NCBI GenBank assembly: GCA_012295275.1
Contig: CM022670.1
Span: forward strand, 6,820,001-6,884,000
Direction of reading: 5' to 3'
Length of the DNA stretch: 64,000 bases
Origin: Chrysomallon squamiferum
Taxonomy: Eukaryota; Animalia; Mollusca
This document shows positions 42,196-54,798 of the stretch, one piece after another. The translations under genes were made by a program, and so were the position numbers. Every line of letters begins with the position of its first letter. The stretch's first letter is position 1. The notes under the pieces were generated by a model, which saw only the letters and a program-made list of their open reading frames with translations, had not been told where the DNA came from and made no database searches.

Positions 42196-42649
42196 TATTT
42201 TTTTTTTTTTTATAAATAAGCAAATGAACGAATGACCGAGTGAGTGAATAAATAAACAAATCCAGATCTCCTTTCCTTCGAAATGAATCCACAAAATAGC
42301 AAATTAATTTTCGATATTCCAGGATCGACGGTAATAAATCAAACTGTGATCGTTCAGCACTCGGTCGGACATTTTAAAATGGTTTTTCAGTTTGTATTAA
42401 ACCACTGACGCTCTCCACTGCTCTCACACACACACCTAGTTTTCTCATCCATCAAACTTTCGCATGCAGTGAGAGAAAATCTATCAATCAAACTTGAGTC
42501 GAAAAATTATTTCAGAAACTTTATAGGTCTAAAGTTTTTCCAGTATAAGACAGAAAAAGACATTATTATTATTATTATTTTCTTTTGCATATTTATCATC
42601 GTTAACGCTGTTGCTTTTCTTGTTTTACATTAATATATCCTCATCTTTG

Positions 42650-42682
<33 letters not shown>

Positions 42683-44199
42683 GGAGATCAAAGTAAAATG
42701 TACCAATATATATGTATTTTTTGTACTTCTTATTCTGGTTTATATATGTCTAAAACAGTAAATGACAGAAACTGCTAAACGAAAACAAAGAAACAAATAA
42801 ATAAATAACCTCAAAAGTTCTGTACATTTAACTAACTTAAGGACCCTGATACTGCGCAAAGCTTTGCGGCTAACTGTAATGGTGTTTGTGACTGCTGACA
42901 GTGCTGAACCAATCCGCTTACAAATAATCCTCTACGTCACTTCCAAAGACCTTGACACTTATACTTTGTAAATCCTTCCTAATCTTATGTGCAACCGAAT
43001 TACTGATAACATGAAACGTATTGTAAACATCGCTGTCAGATTTTACTCGACACTACAGATACTTTTAATTTTCTATTTCGTGTGTCATTTTAATCTCTGC
43101 AACATTTCATCTGTAAATTAAACTGCAATCCGTATTAATATTATTATTTTTTTTTTTTTGTATGCGTATCATAAAATTTTAACTAAAAACCATGTTTTGT
43201 ATTTTCCATTCTAAGGGATGGTATAATAATTTGCTTCTAATCGATAAAAAAAAAAGTAAAGCGGGCTTTTTCTCTGAAAAAGTCATTATACGGTGTTCTT
43301 TCAGAGAAAATATTTTTCATTAATTATTATTATTATTATTATTATTATTTTAAATTAATATGTAATAAATTTCTAAAATTATCCATTCATTTATTATTCA
43401 TTTTATTTTATTTCAATTATATATTATTACTAGAAATATTTGGCTGTGTGAAGGAAACACAATTCAAAAAAGTGAAAAAAAAAAAAAAAAAAGAGAGAGA
43501 AAAAATATGGGATCTAGGTCAGTGTTTGATGAAGGTCGTGTTTTCAGTGATCTGTTTAACTGTCAGCAACACAGTTTCTATCACTTGTCACTTTCACGCG
43601 TGTTTTTTCTAACTAGATTTCTCGGTTTCAGTCACGAGGGAAATAAAAAAAAAAAAAAAAAAAAAAAAGGAAAATAAAAATTCTATTACCAGCTCTTGGT
43701 TTATACTTTTCTTGAAATTTTTACCGAAATTATTTTCTTGTGTTTTGTCAAGTGCTAAAGGGTGCGTTATTAGATTAGTGTCTATGAATTCGGTAGACGG
43801 AAATAATGAAAAAGTTTTAACAGTTAATATGATTTTATAATAATAGTCTGATATCGTGCGATGGCTTAGATCATTTGATTCTCGGGATTGTAACTTCGTG
43901 TTAGCTCCGCATTAGGCAAAATATCTCATATTGTGATATCTGAAATGATATGGTAGGTGCTGTCATGCGAATTGGTAAATATATAGACGTATATTTTCAT
44001 TCATTCATTTATTTATACACATAGAGAAATTCTGTCTCCTGTACATACAGTGTGATAATCAGCTATTGAAACCACACGTGTGCGCATGTGTACGTACGCA
44101 CACACACATACACGCACATACACATTTAAGGTTACTCTAATCCAGTAATAACAATAGATATTTTATTTGCTTATTCTCATAACCAGAAAGGAAAATCAT

Positions 44200-44313
44200 G
44201 ACCGTTGATGAACTGACCACGGGGCAATGGCTGTAACGGGACGGAGACCAAAGTGCGCGACCAGAAGGATTGATCCTGTGTCCTGTCAGCCTTCGCTCTA
44301 ACTACTGAATTAC
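44200..44313 (-). mobile_element. tRNA-derived SINE head
   Basis: The minus strand begins GTAATTCAGTAGTTAGAGCG (A-box-like) followed by GGATCAATCC (B-box-like). It does not fold into a full cloverleaf. Confidence 0.5.
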
Positions 44314-46825
44314 AATACGTTTCTTTGATCGCGAGATAAAGAAAATATACATTAAAATTTTTACAGTAAACAGACATCGGATGGGCTTTGATTTTTATAT
44401 TATATTAAATGAAAATATCAAGAAATAAAATAAGACTTTTGAAACTGTTTGTTTTTAAATAGTTAAGAGAAAGTATTATCTTTCATTCTGCGTGTTACCG
44501 AGAGTGTGGAAATGAGAAAACACAAATTTTGGTCTGTTACGACTTTTATTTTCTCTGGGTGCAAGAGGAAATTAATGTCTAGGACTTGTTTACAAACTGA
44601 CAGATTTTTGGACTAAGTAGAAGTTTTAAATAGAGTTAATTATTCTTTGGTTACGTATTCCTTCTTCAGTTTATTTCATTTCATTTTATTTTATTTTATT
44701 TTATTTTATTTTTATTTTATTTTATTTTATTTTATTTTGTTTTGTTTTGTTTTGTTTTCATTTATTTATTTATTTATTTTTATCTGGTTATACTTACGTT
44801 ATTTTATTGCTATTATTGCTTTTATTGATGTCATCATCATCATGATCGTCATCATTACTAAAAAAAAGTTACTCAGGCAATAACAACATTTTTTGTTACG
44901 TTATTATCACTCAAACGACTGAATTTTCTTCATCTTTCAACCTCTTCCACCACTACTTTTACCTTCACAAGCTTACCAATCTAGCATTAAACACATATCT
45001 CTACTACACGACCTATGTCTAACGTATGGACTGTCTTAAACGGTATTTCTCCTAGTATAACTCCTAGACCCAAAAACACGGCCTACAGCTGCTCTCATAA
45101 AATCATACCATTTTTGTCAGCAGCTAAAATAAGTTAATAACCCAGGGCTAACATTGCTCAAAAGGTGCAATAAACAATTTATAGACCTGCTCGCTGTCTC
45201 GGGCCATTCAGGAGTCGTGGTAATTACAGAAGTTAATGATTTTCAACAGAAAGATATTGCGTCCGAGGCGACGTTCCGTGAACAGTGCTGTGGAAATTAA
45301 TACATTATTTCTATTTGTAGAATCACATTCACTGCTTTTAGTTTGCCTTGTCGTAATGAAAACAGGACAGCGAGATACACAGGAATATATAGATTTTGAA
45401 TAGCATTCGGATAAACGAATGCAAGAAACAAAAAAAAATACAAACAAACAACAACAGCATTAACAATAATAACAACAACACAACAACAGCAACAACAACA
45501 ACAACAACAACAGCAATAATAATAATAACATAATAAAGTAGAAAAAATATAAAGCAAAAACTTGTATATAGTCTTCAAATAACGAGAACATAGAAAATAA
45601 AATAGGATCATTCCAGTTTGTTAACCAGTAAAGAAAAACTATATCGCTAGAATACAAAGCACTTATAACACCTTGCAAACCAGACTGGTGATTCCATTTA
45701 TTTCTTCCAGTTTTAGATTTTAAAAAAAAAAAAATACTGGCTTCAGTTAATGAAAAACTGGACTGGAGGTAATGATTTTATCGTATTAAATTAAGTCAAT
45801 AGATTCGTACCAGTTATCGATTGAAAATAAAAATGGATATCTAGCAGGTTATATTCAGCTTTAAACTGAAAATCTTAGTTTAACATATTGTTTTAAGAAT
45901 GTAAAATGAAGTAATAATATTTTTATTTATAAACCTGCCAGTTAAAAACACTTGTCTGAAAGTTTAAATGTGGAGAAGAATTTCATTATAATTGATACAT
46001 CTGGATTTTTGTAGTATTTTATTTTCTCATTTGAAATGCCTTCATCGTTGTTATTACATTAAATTTTAAAAGGTCTTTAAAACATCACATATAAGAAGCT
46101 GTATATTACATATATCTATTGCAGTCACAGTGTCCAGAAGGTTGCATGTATCCCGGTGTATCGTGGCTAGGTTAAGGTTTTAGAAAATTATAAAGCGTCA
46201 TTACTTATATTTTATATTCCTTGAAATAGGTGTGAAAATACAGTTCTGATAAATAATCCAAAGATCAGCATTGCAAAAACTACCATGAATGATTTCACAA
46301 TTTGGCGATACAACTGAATCTAACAGATACAGAAGTCTTGTTTTTATTTTTCCACTCAAGACAACCATGCTGTTAGTTGATTCTTATTTTTCTCACTGTC
46401 TGAAGATGCTCATCTGGTTTGGACAAACACTCGTTGTTCCACAATGGCCGAGAAGGAGAAAACAGAAACCGTCAGACAAACAAAAACCCGATCGTTCCAA
46501 TGGCAGCCATTTTGTAAACGCGCGAATATCTCTTCTGCTAATCCGGTATTCATTTCTCTCGATAGCAGAACGCTTCGAGACTTACTGTCTGACGTCATTT
46601 CAGTTTTCAATTTTCTGCTCAATGGAGTCGTATTCGCTGGGTTTGTCGTAGGCGGTCGGCACCACTGATCTATACAGAATTTTTTTTTTTTTTCGAAAGT
46701 CTTATAGTAGAGCAGTGTTAGAGAACCACCTTGAAGTATTTTTGTTATATTTTTGGTTTACATGCATCAGATATTACTCCTTAGACATAATAGGGTCAGA
46801 CCAGATCAAATAAACTCGTTGAAGC

Positions 46826-46871
<46 letters not shown>

Positions 46872-47175
46872 TTCATTATTATTTTTTTTTTTCTTTGTTG
46901 AAAAGCTGTCTGTAGTTCTGCCTCCTACTTCATCTTTGTCTGTCTCTTTTCTTTATGTACGTATGTACATAATATACGTGTGTACCCTGTGTGAGTGTTT
47001 TAAAGTGTGAATACGTATGTACGTAAGTATGTATGTATGTATGTATATGTGTGTGTATGTATGTATGTATTAATATTAATACTATTAGTAGTAGTAGAGG
47101 TAGTAGTAGTACTTGCAGTAGAGGCAGTAGCAGTTGTAGTTGTAGTAGTAATAGTAGTAGTGGTTTAGTAGTTGG

Positions 47176-47220
<45 letters not shown>

Positions 47221-47225
47221 TTCAG

Positions 47226-47449
47226 GACTACACTATCACGATGTACTTGAACCAGTACTGGACGGACGACAGACTCAGGTTTACTGATGTACCCGATCAG
47301 AGCATGACGCTCACCGGTGACTTTACCGACAAGATCTGGGTTCCAGACACGTTCCTAGCCAACGACAAGAACTCCTACTTACATGACGTCACAGAGAAAA
47401 ACAAAATGATCAGACTCTATGGAAACGGATCTATAGTGTATGGAATGAG
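47226..47449 (+). CDS. Lcch3: GABA-beta exon 4 (DYTITMYLNQYW...WVPDTFLANDK...GSIVYGMR; loops D, A, E)
   Basis: Lies within ORF 47172..47453. Acceptor ttttcag and donor AG|GTGAGT; 224 nt. Confidence 0.97.
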
Positions 47450-47817
47450 GTGAGTATAACTATTAGTGTTATACATAGTGTTATGTAATAATAATAATAA
47501 TAATAATAATGTTATATATAGTATTATATAACTACAACAACAAAACAACAACAATAATAAAAATAATAATAATAATAATCATAGTGACAACTATTTATGA
47601 CGTCATTTCGGACAAACACAGATAACAAGCATTAATACTTAAGTAAATCTGCATAGAAAACATATCCTCACGGGATTTATATTTCTATTTTTGAAACAAT
47701 GGTAAATATCATCTCACTCTGTTTTCATCATTGCCATACTTTAATATTAGCATAGAATATTCTTAAGTGTTAAATAGAAAATATATGAAAGAGTTTTACA
47801 AAATGCATTTTAGTTAT

Positions 47818-47856
<39 letters not shown>

Positions 47857-48788
47857 TATTTTTATTATTATTTTAAATGCTACTTTAACTGCACAGCTAC
47901 AATTTTTAGTTTTTGCTTATAGTCACGGTACGTATTATTATTATTATTGTTGTTGTTGTTGTTACTGCTGTTTATTGTTAATATTGTTAGTGTTGTTGTT
48001 ATCCAAACACTTTGGTAATTTCAGTTATTGAATTTGTTTAATTTACTACAACGACATGACATATTTTGATATAATCATACTACAAACGCTGAAAAAAAAA
48101 AATGGTGTATTTAGGACATATTCCGTTCTTCGCGGTGATTCTGTGGCCCTTGTGTGTACGTGAATCTCATAAAACACACCATCTTGAGAGATTTGCTGTG
48201 ATCGCTCTCAATCTTCCGCACAAAAACCTTCGCCATTAGACTATTGAACAATTCTGTCTTACTGCGTCATAAGGAAACCAGATGCTTTTACAAAAAATAT
48301 AAAAAATGAAAGTGCATCATCTGAAGTCCATTAGCAGCTCTTAAAGGAATAACTTTCAGAGACGAGAGAAAAAAAAACCCTGTACTATCCATATTTACAT
48401 TTGAGCTGAGATTTTTTCCCCTTCTTTTTAATGTCTTTTACGTTCGTTGATAAACGGAAATAAATTAAAACATTTTTATATTAAAACATGATGCTGGCCA
48501 TAATTTAAGTTAAATTTTGTTGGTGTATGTTAAAAAAAAAGTGTGATTTATTTTTTATTGCGGTTATAAAACAGATCGTAAATTAAGGGCATCAGATGTG
48601 TCGAGAAATATATACATAACAGTTTCAAAATACTTCACCTTATAAGTTATAGTGATCTATTCATTATTTTGTTTATCTTGAATAATACAATGTATATATT
48701 TAGACATAATTAAGTCTACGTCACAACAGGCACGTGTCTACGTCACAACAGGCATGCGTATTGATGTGATATTTACTATTTGTGGCAG

Positions 48789-48871
48789 ATTCACGACGAC
48801 GTTGGCGTGTATGATGGATCTACACAACTACCCTCTCGATCAACAACAGTGTTCTGTTGAAATAGAAAGCT
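48789..48871 (+). CDS. Lcch3: GABA-beta exon 5 ([27 protein letters not shown]; Cys-loop)
   Basis: Acceptor tgtggcag and donor T|GTGAGT; 83 nt. Contains the C-x13-C signature. Confidence 0.97.
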
Positions 48872-49073
48872 GTGAGTTGTCTTTTCCTACATTGTAGAAC
48901 TTACTTGATGTTTTACACACACACACACACACACATACATAAATATTTATATACACATAAATTTTAAATAATATAACACAAATACAATAGTTATAATGAA
49001 CACCATTGTAATAATATAACCCTAACCCTAACCCACATACTTTCCATCTACTTTTGGACAACCCTGTATATAT

Positions 49074-49075
<2 letters not shown>

Positions 49076-49145
<70 letters not shown>
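49076..49145. repeat. (GATA)n microsatellite in intron 5
   Basis: Directly visible. Confidence 0.97.
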
Positions 49146-49146
<1 letters not shown>

Positions 49147-49676
49147 AAGAAATATATCGATATAGATATAGATATATATTTACACACATAAGAACTGACT
49201 ATCTCTCTGACTGTCTCACTGTCTGTCTGTCTATCTGTGTTTATCTGTAACAGATTCTTGGAACTGTCTATCTGCACTGACATAGAGGAGTAACTAATTT
49301 AAATTTGATTCCTGGGTTTTGTTGCCCAAGTCTTTGATCCTTCTTGACTAACCCACTTTTCATGCCGTAGCTTCAGTTAGAAAACAACGAACGAGAAGAA
49401 CAAATCAGTGACAGACAAATTAAATGTAAACGACATCTTGTCTTCGTGCGAGGGACAAGAACGTGATTAATTGTTTGTTTATAAACGTGTTGAAAACATT
49501 AGTCAGCCTTTTTCCTCTTTCATCGTCCTACACTGACGTTTCCAGCAGCGTAACAAACTGATGGATTGCAGTTCTTTGTATTTTTGTGTAAAAAAAATAA
49601 AAAAAAAAAAAAAAAAACAAAGAAATGGAAAATTTAAAAACAAACGATGTATTTGTCTGCCTGCCTGGCTGCCTGT

Positions 49677-49712
<36 letters not shown>

Positions 49713-49855
49713 CAGTTCAAATTATTTTGTCTTGTTCGGGTGTCTCTATAAAACGTCATGCATAGACTGACACAAGAACACACATTTACGCACGCAAATG
49801 TTATACTTATGTACGTATCAAAACAAAAACAGAAAGAAAGGTAAATGGAAATAAA

Positions 49856-49927
<72 letters not shown>

Positions 49928-50106
49928 CGTTATTGCTAATTTATAAGATTAGTCTACGAAATTGGCATGAAGGATTTCCTCTATCATTAGAAACATATGT
50001 TTGAAACTTAATTAGATTAATATTAAAATCTATTTCTAAAGAACAATAGACGGTATAGGACTCAGACATGAACTACTTGTACTGTTCACACGTTTTGTTC
50101 TTGTAG

Positions 50107-50241
50107 ACGGGTACGCTGAGGCTGATGTTGACCTGCACTGGCTGGAACAGAACTCTGTGTCCGGGGTGGAGCATGTACAGCTTCCTCAGTTCTCCATCGT
50201 CGACTACAACACCGTCGTCTGGGTGGAACGACTCCTCACAG
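50107..50241 (+). CDS. Lcch3: GABA-beta exon 6 (YGYAEADVDLHW...LPQFSIVDYNTVVWVERLLTG; loops B, F and start of C)
   Basis: Acceptor ttttgttcttgtag and donor G|GTAGAC; 135 nt. Contains the YGY and LPQF motifs. Confidence 0.95.
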
Positions 50242-50695
50242 GTAGACAGTTCACTTCCTCAGCGCCGGCGTTAATGCTGGCTTTGTCAGATAAAGAGTTA
50301 ATTTTCAAAGCGTTCGATATATAACAGTCTATATAGATAACTCGCAGAACGCTGGGTAGATTACTTCTATTGAGAAATAAATGGCTAATTTCTATCAATA
50401 TTACTATCAATATTACTGTTTTGACAGATAAAAGGTTAATTTCGAGAATGTTCGATATCACTTGTAATAAAAAGGTTAGATTAAAGAGGTTAATTTATTT
50501 GTTTTGACAGACCCACAAACTTTAAGAACGTTGGGTTTTTTTGACAGACAAAGGTCAATTTCTAGAATTTCCTATAGTGTGTTAAATTATTTTGGGAAAG
50601 AGTTTGTCTTGTCATTTTGATGTGACGATTTGATATGTTTTTAAATTAGTTTGGGAAAGAGTTTGTCTTGTTGTAATTCTTATATCTCTCTATAA

Positions 50696-50757
<62 letters not shown>

Positions 50758-50788
50758 GCTAAATGAACACCTTCTTTTCACTGGACAG

Positions 50789-50941
50789 GAAACTACAAAC
50801 GTCTGTCACTTCATTTTAAACTGCGACGAAACATCGGCTACTTCATCTTCCAGACTTATTTGCCGTCCATTCTCATCGTGATGTTGTCGTGGGTGTCGTT
50901 CTGGATCAATCACGAAGCGACGTCAGCCCGAGTGGCCTTGG
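50789..50941 (+). CDS. Lcch3: GABA-beta exon 7 ([52 protein letters not shown]; loop C, M1, start of M2)
   Basis: Acceptor cttcttttcactggacag and donor G|GTAAG; 153 nt. Canonical M1 sequence. Confidence 0.97.
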
Positions 50942-52361
50942 GTAAGAAAACAGATTCAGACGATAATCAGTTTGAGAGAACTTTCCTCAGATTAACAAAC
51001 CGAAGTGACTAACGTATCAGATTACACGGATTAATGAAATAATGTACGGAAGAAAGGACGAATGAAAGAACCAGAGAACGAATAAGTGATTAAGTGAAGA
51101 AACAAATCCAAATGATGTTTTATCAAACCCCCCCACTCCAGCACAAAAAAGGAGATTTTGTTATTTGCTGCGTCAAACATGATAAATATGAGAATGAATT
51201 AAACTTTCACACCCAGTATAAAAATTTAAAAATAAAATTAAAACATAATTTTTTTTATTTTTTAAATAACTAGTACGGATAAGGGAATTTAAAATTTATA
51301 ATAAAGTACTATGCTTCTGAAACAAACCGTAGAAGGAGGTGAAATTATTAGCTGAACTAAGTGGTGTTCGTTTTCTAGTTTGTTTAAATTGACTGAATTC
51401 CATGAAGAAGTTTGCACTATTTGAGCACATCAATAGTGCTTGGTCCGAGACTTATGATCGATGTTCAGAATAAATGAATACATTAAATGTGTCTGATGCC
51501 ACCGTGACATTTTATTCATGTTAGATTATTTGACAAACTAGCGCTTCAGTAAACCAAAAAAAATAAAAATAAAAATAAAAATAAAAAATAAAAAAATGAA
51601 TAAATAAATAAATAAATGAAATGAAACGAAATGAAACAAGCAAACAAATAAATAAATAAATAAATAAATAAATAAATGAAACGAAACGAAATAAAACAAA
51701 CAAACAAGCAAACAAACAAATAAATAAATAAAGATAAAAATAGAATTTAAATATTGGATTAAAAATGGAGGTTTCTACGTAATAATAATGAATGCATGAA
51801 GACGAAACCATGGAATTATTATCCTCTTTTATTTTAAATAAAACAATTTTATAAATATTATTCTTGACAAATATTAGTTAGGCAATACCTTCTGTAGTTA
51901 AATTATATCCAGTTTTATCATACATCCAAACATCTGCACAAATGTAAAAATGAATGTCTGGTTGGATGAACGTGTGGATGGGTGGAAAAAATGATGGACA
52001 GATAAAATACTTAACTGTTATAATTTTTCTTTGCCTTTTCCACAAATTTGATCATCAGTGCTTAACCAATAATTATTCTATTATTTAAAATATATTGATT
52101 TGTTAGCACAATAGCGCGAAATACATAAATTAAATCTTTATAATTTTGTATTGAAAACATTCATTAACAAATTAATTTTTCTAACATATACTTCAAATTG
52201 AATACAAGCAGCAGAAAATACGTATTTCATCAGAAAAGAAAATATCAGCCAACATGAATATAACAATATTATGTACGTTCTTTTTACTAACGTACCAATT
52301 AATCAAGAACAAAAATCACAACGACATTGATATGTAAAATGCAGCAACGTCTTCTTCACAG

Positions 52362-52600
52362 GCATAACGACCGTGCTGACAATGACAACCATCAACAACG
52401 GCGTGCGGTCGTCGCTGCCGCGGATATCGTACGTGAAGGCGATAGACATCTACCTGGTCATGTGCTTTGTGTTCGTGTTCGCCGCGCTGCTGGAGTACGC
52501 CGCAGTGAACTACACGTACTGGGGAGCCAGGGCGAAACGGAAAGCGAAACGTATGCGTGAGAGATCATTCCGAAACAAAAACAATGAACAGGAGAATAGG
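52362..52600 (+). CDS. Lcch3: GABA-beta exon 8 ([54 protein letters not shown]...EQENR; M2, M3, start of the cytoplasmic loop)
   Basis: Acceptor cttcttcacag and donor AGG|GTGAGA; 239 nt. Overlaps ORF 52373..52756. Confidence 0.96.
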
Positions 52601-52634
52601 GTGAGATCACGTTTTTATACAGTTATTAAGTTAT

Positions 52635-52638
52635 ACAT

Positions 52639-52672
<34 letters not shown>

Positions 52673-52940
52673 GGACAGACTTACAGCCATACATATATAA
52701 ATACATACATACACACACATACACATTCATACATACATACATACATACATACATAATACATATATACATACAGATAATCACACATACGCATACATACATA
52801 TAAACAGACAGACAGACTTACAGCCATACATACATACTTACATACATACATACACACTTCCACACATACACACACACATACATATATCATACACACATAT
52901 ACACATAAACATACATACATACATACATCTACACATATAC
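52635..52940. repeat. Compound (CAGA)n/(CATA)n/(CA)n tract just downstream of exon 8
   Basis: Directly visible. It includes an internal duplication of CAGACAGACTTACAGCCATACAT. A similar CATA tract lies at about 12110-12420. Confidence 0.92.
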
Positions 52941-53447
52941 CTATAAAATTATATATAATTATATATAATAGTCATGAATTAAGACCATGTTTTCATACAA
53001 TTACAAACAGGCCATTCTAAAATTCAGCGAACAAATTAATGTATCGTTTCTAACGATTACAAAATAGCACAGCGTTATTGTTACAAATTAATTGTTAGAA
53101 ATGTAAGTTTGCGCTATTTAGAAAATGAAGAATTATAAGCGTTGTTGTACAATTACAAATAAAAAAAAGACAAGAAAAACGAAACAAATTACAGATACAA
53201 ACCTCTAGTAGTGTCTGCTGCAGTATTAAAATATTTCTCCAGCACTGATTACTGGTATTAATAGCTTTATACGTAAAATGATCAATAGTATTTACTTGTA
53301 GAGCTACTTTTCAATTTAGTCGTCTCAAGACCTTGTTAGCCATACCGATATCATCATTAGATTAAATTTCCAACAATAAACCTTATTTTTATAATGATGT
53401 TGATGACGAAGATTCTAACAATAACAATAATAATAATAATAAAAATG

Positions 53448-53523
<76 letters not shown>

Positions 53524-54595
53524 CAACAACAACAACGATGATGATGTTAATTTTAATGACAGCAGTCATAATCAGAAACAGTAATGATAACAATGATATT
53601 TTTATAATGATAACAGTAACTGGTATAAAATACAGTCGTAGTCGTAATCGTGGTAGTAGTAGAAGTTGTAGCGGTAATAGAAATAGTAGAAGTAATAACA
53701 GCAGCCACAAGAATTTCTGTAAGTGGGAGTAGTTGTTGCAATAAAAACAATATAAATAGCCGTAGTAATTTCGTCCTAGTAGTAGTAGTTGTTGTTTCAT
53801 TAAAAGCAGAACAACAACATTTGAATGAAAATTTTAGATAACAAATTTGTTAGGTTAAAATTCAAACTGTAGTGCAAAAATAGCTAAACAATTACAAAGC
53901 TGACAGCAGAACGGAGTCGACTAGATATACGTGCTTAGGTTTAACACGCAGTCCGAGAATAATCTTGATCAATTATTGTCCCAAAAGATTGGATATACTG
54001 ATGTCGGTAGAATAAATGAAGAAGGGAAGTGGTATCAGGTGCCCGAGGGTTGCACTGGTGACTATTAAAACTGAAAACCCTCAGTGACATATGTAATACA
54101 AGCGTCTTATACAATCACTTGTACAGAAATACTTACTTTTGAATTATCTTGAATGATATATTTGTGTTAGGGGAATTGTTTTGTTGCCGAAATGTCACAG
54201 ATAGTTTGTTGTGTTATTAATATAGTTTGATTTCGCTCTGTAATAAGTGAAAGATACGTACTTTTTTATCAGCTATATTATATATTGTGTATAAAAACGG
54301 ATAAATATATTTATTAATATTAGAGTGTGTTTATGTTATTGCTACAGCCGTTATGTGAAAATATTGCAATTCAAAGTATCCTTATTAAACATTCTCCGAA
54401 TACTTTGCAAAACGTCTGAAAAGCAACTTTCAAAATAATCAAATAAAATGGCAACATCAACAAGAAGACCCTCAGTAACAACGACACCGACGATCACAAG
54501 AAAAAGGAAAAGAAGAAAATATATTTTTTTAAAATCCTTATTTGTAACGATATTAGAAACCTAAATAATTAAAAAAAAAAAAAAAAAAAAAAACC

Positions 54596-54723
54596 TCATT
54601 ATTAAATAAGATAAAAGGTCCACGTACTAAACGCTTGTCCCATAACCATTCGTTAGTAATTGTGAATAAAAATATCAATTTAAATGCTAAAAGAGTTAGA
54701 TAACGTGATTCGTAAAGGACATA
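54596..54723 (+). repeat. 128-bp dispersed repeat, copy 1 (intron 8)
   Basis: Matches 61128..61255 with 3 mismatches by manual alignment. Confidence 0.92.
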
Positions 54724-54798
54724 TAATTCATTGTTTCATAACTACTAGAACCAAGAAGGAAACCTTTTTTCACGTTACGTTTTAATTTTATTTTTCAG

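Noticed and set aside
42353-42371. RE1/NRSE-like TTCAGCAC...GGACA
   Set aside because: Spacing and bases deviate from the consensus, and REST is not an established regulator in molluscs.
44260-44313. Possible tRNA gene on the minus strand
   Set aside because: Only degenerate A/B-box-like motifs are present, with no acceptor or anticodon stems. Better explained as a SINE head.
50050-50106. In-frame upstream pseudo-acceptor (TAG|ACGG) 57 nt before exon 6
   Set aside because: It is stop-free but has no pyrimidine tract, and it would insert 19 residues into ligand-binding loop B. Unlikely without RNA evidence.
52327-52560. Overlapping alternative-frame ORF over exon 8
   Set aside because: A shadow ORF produced by high GC3; it starts in the intron at a non-ATG codon.
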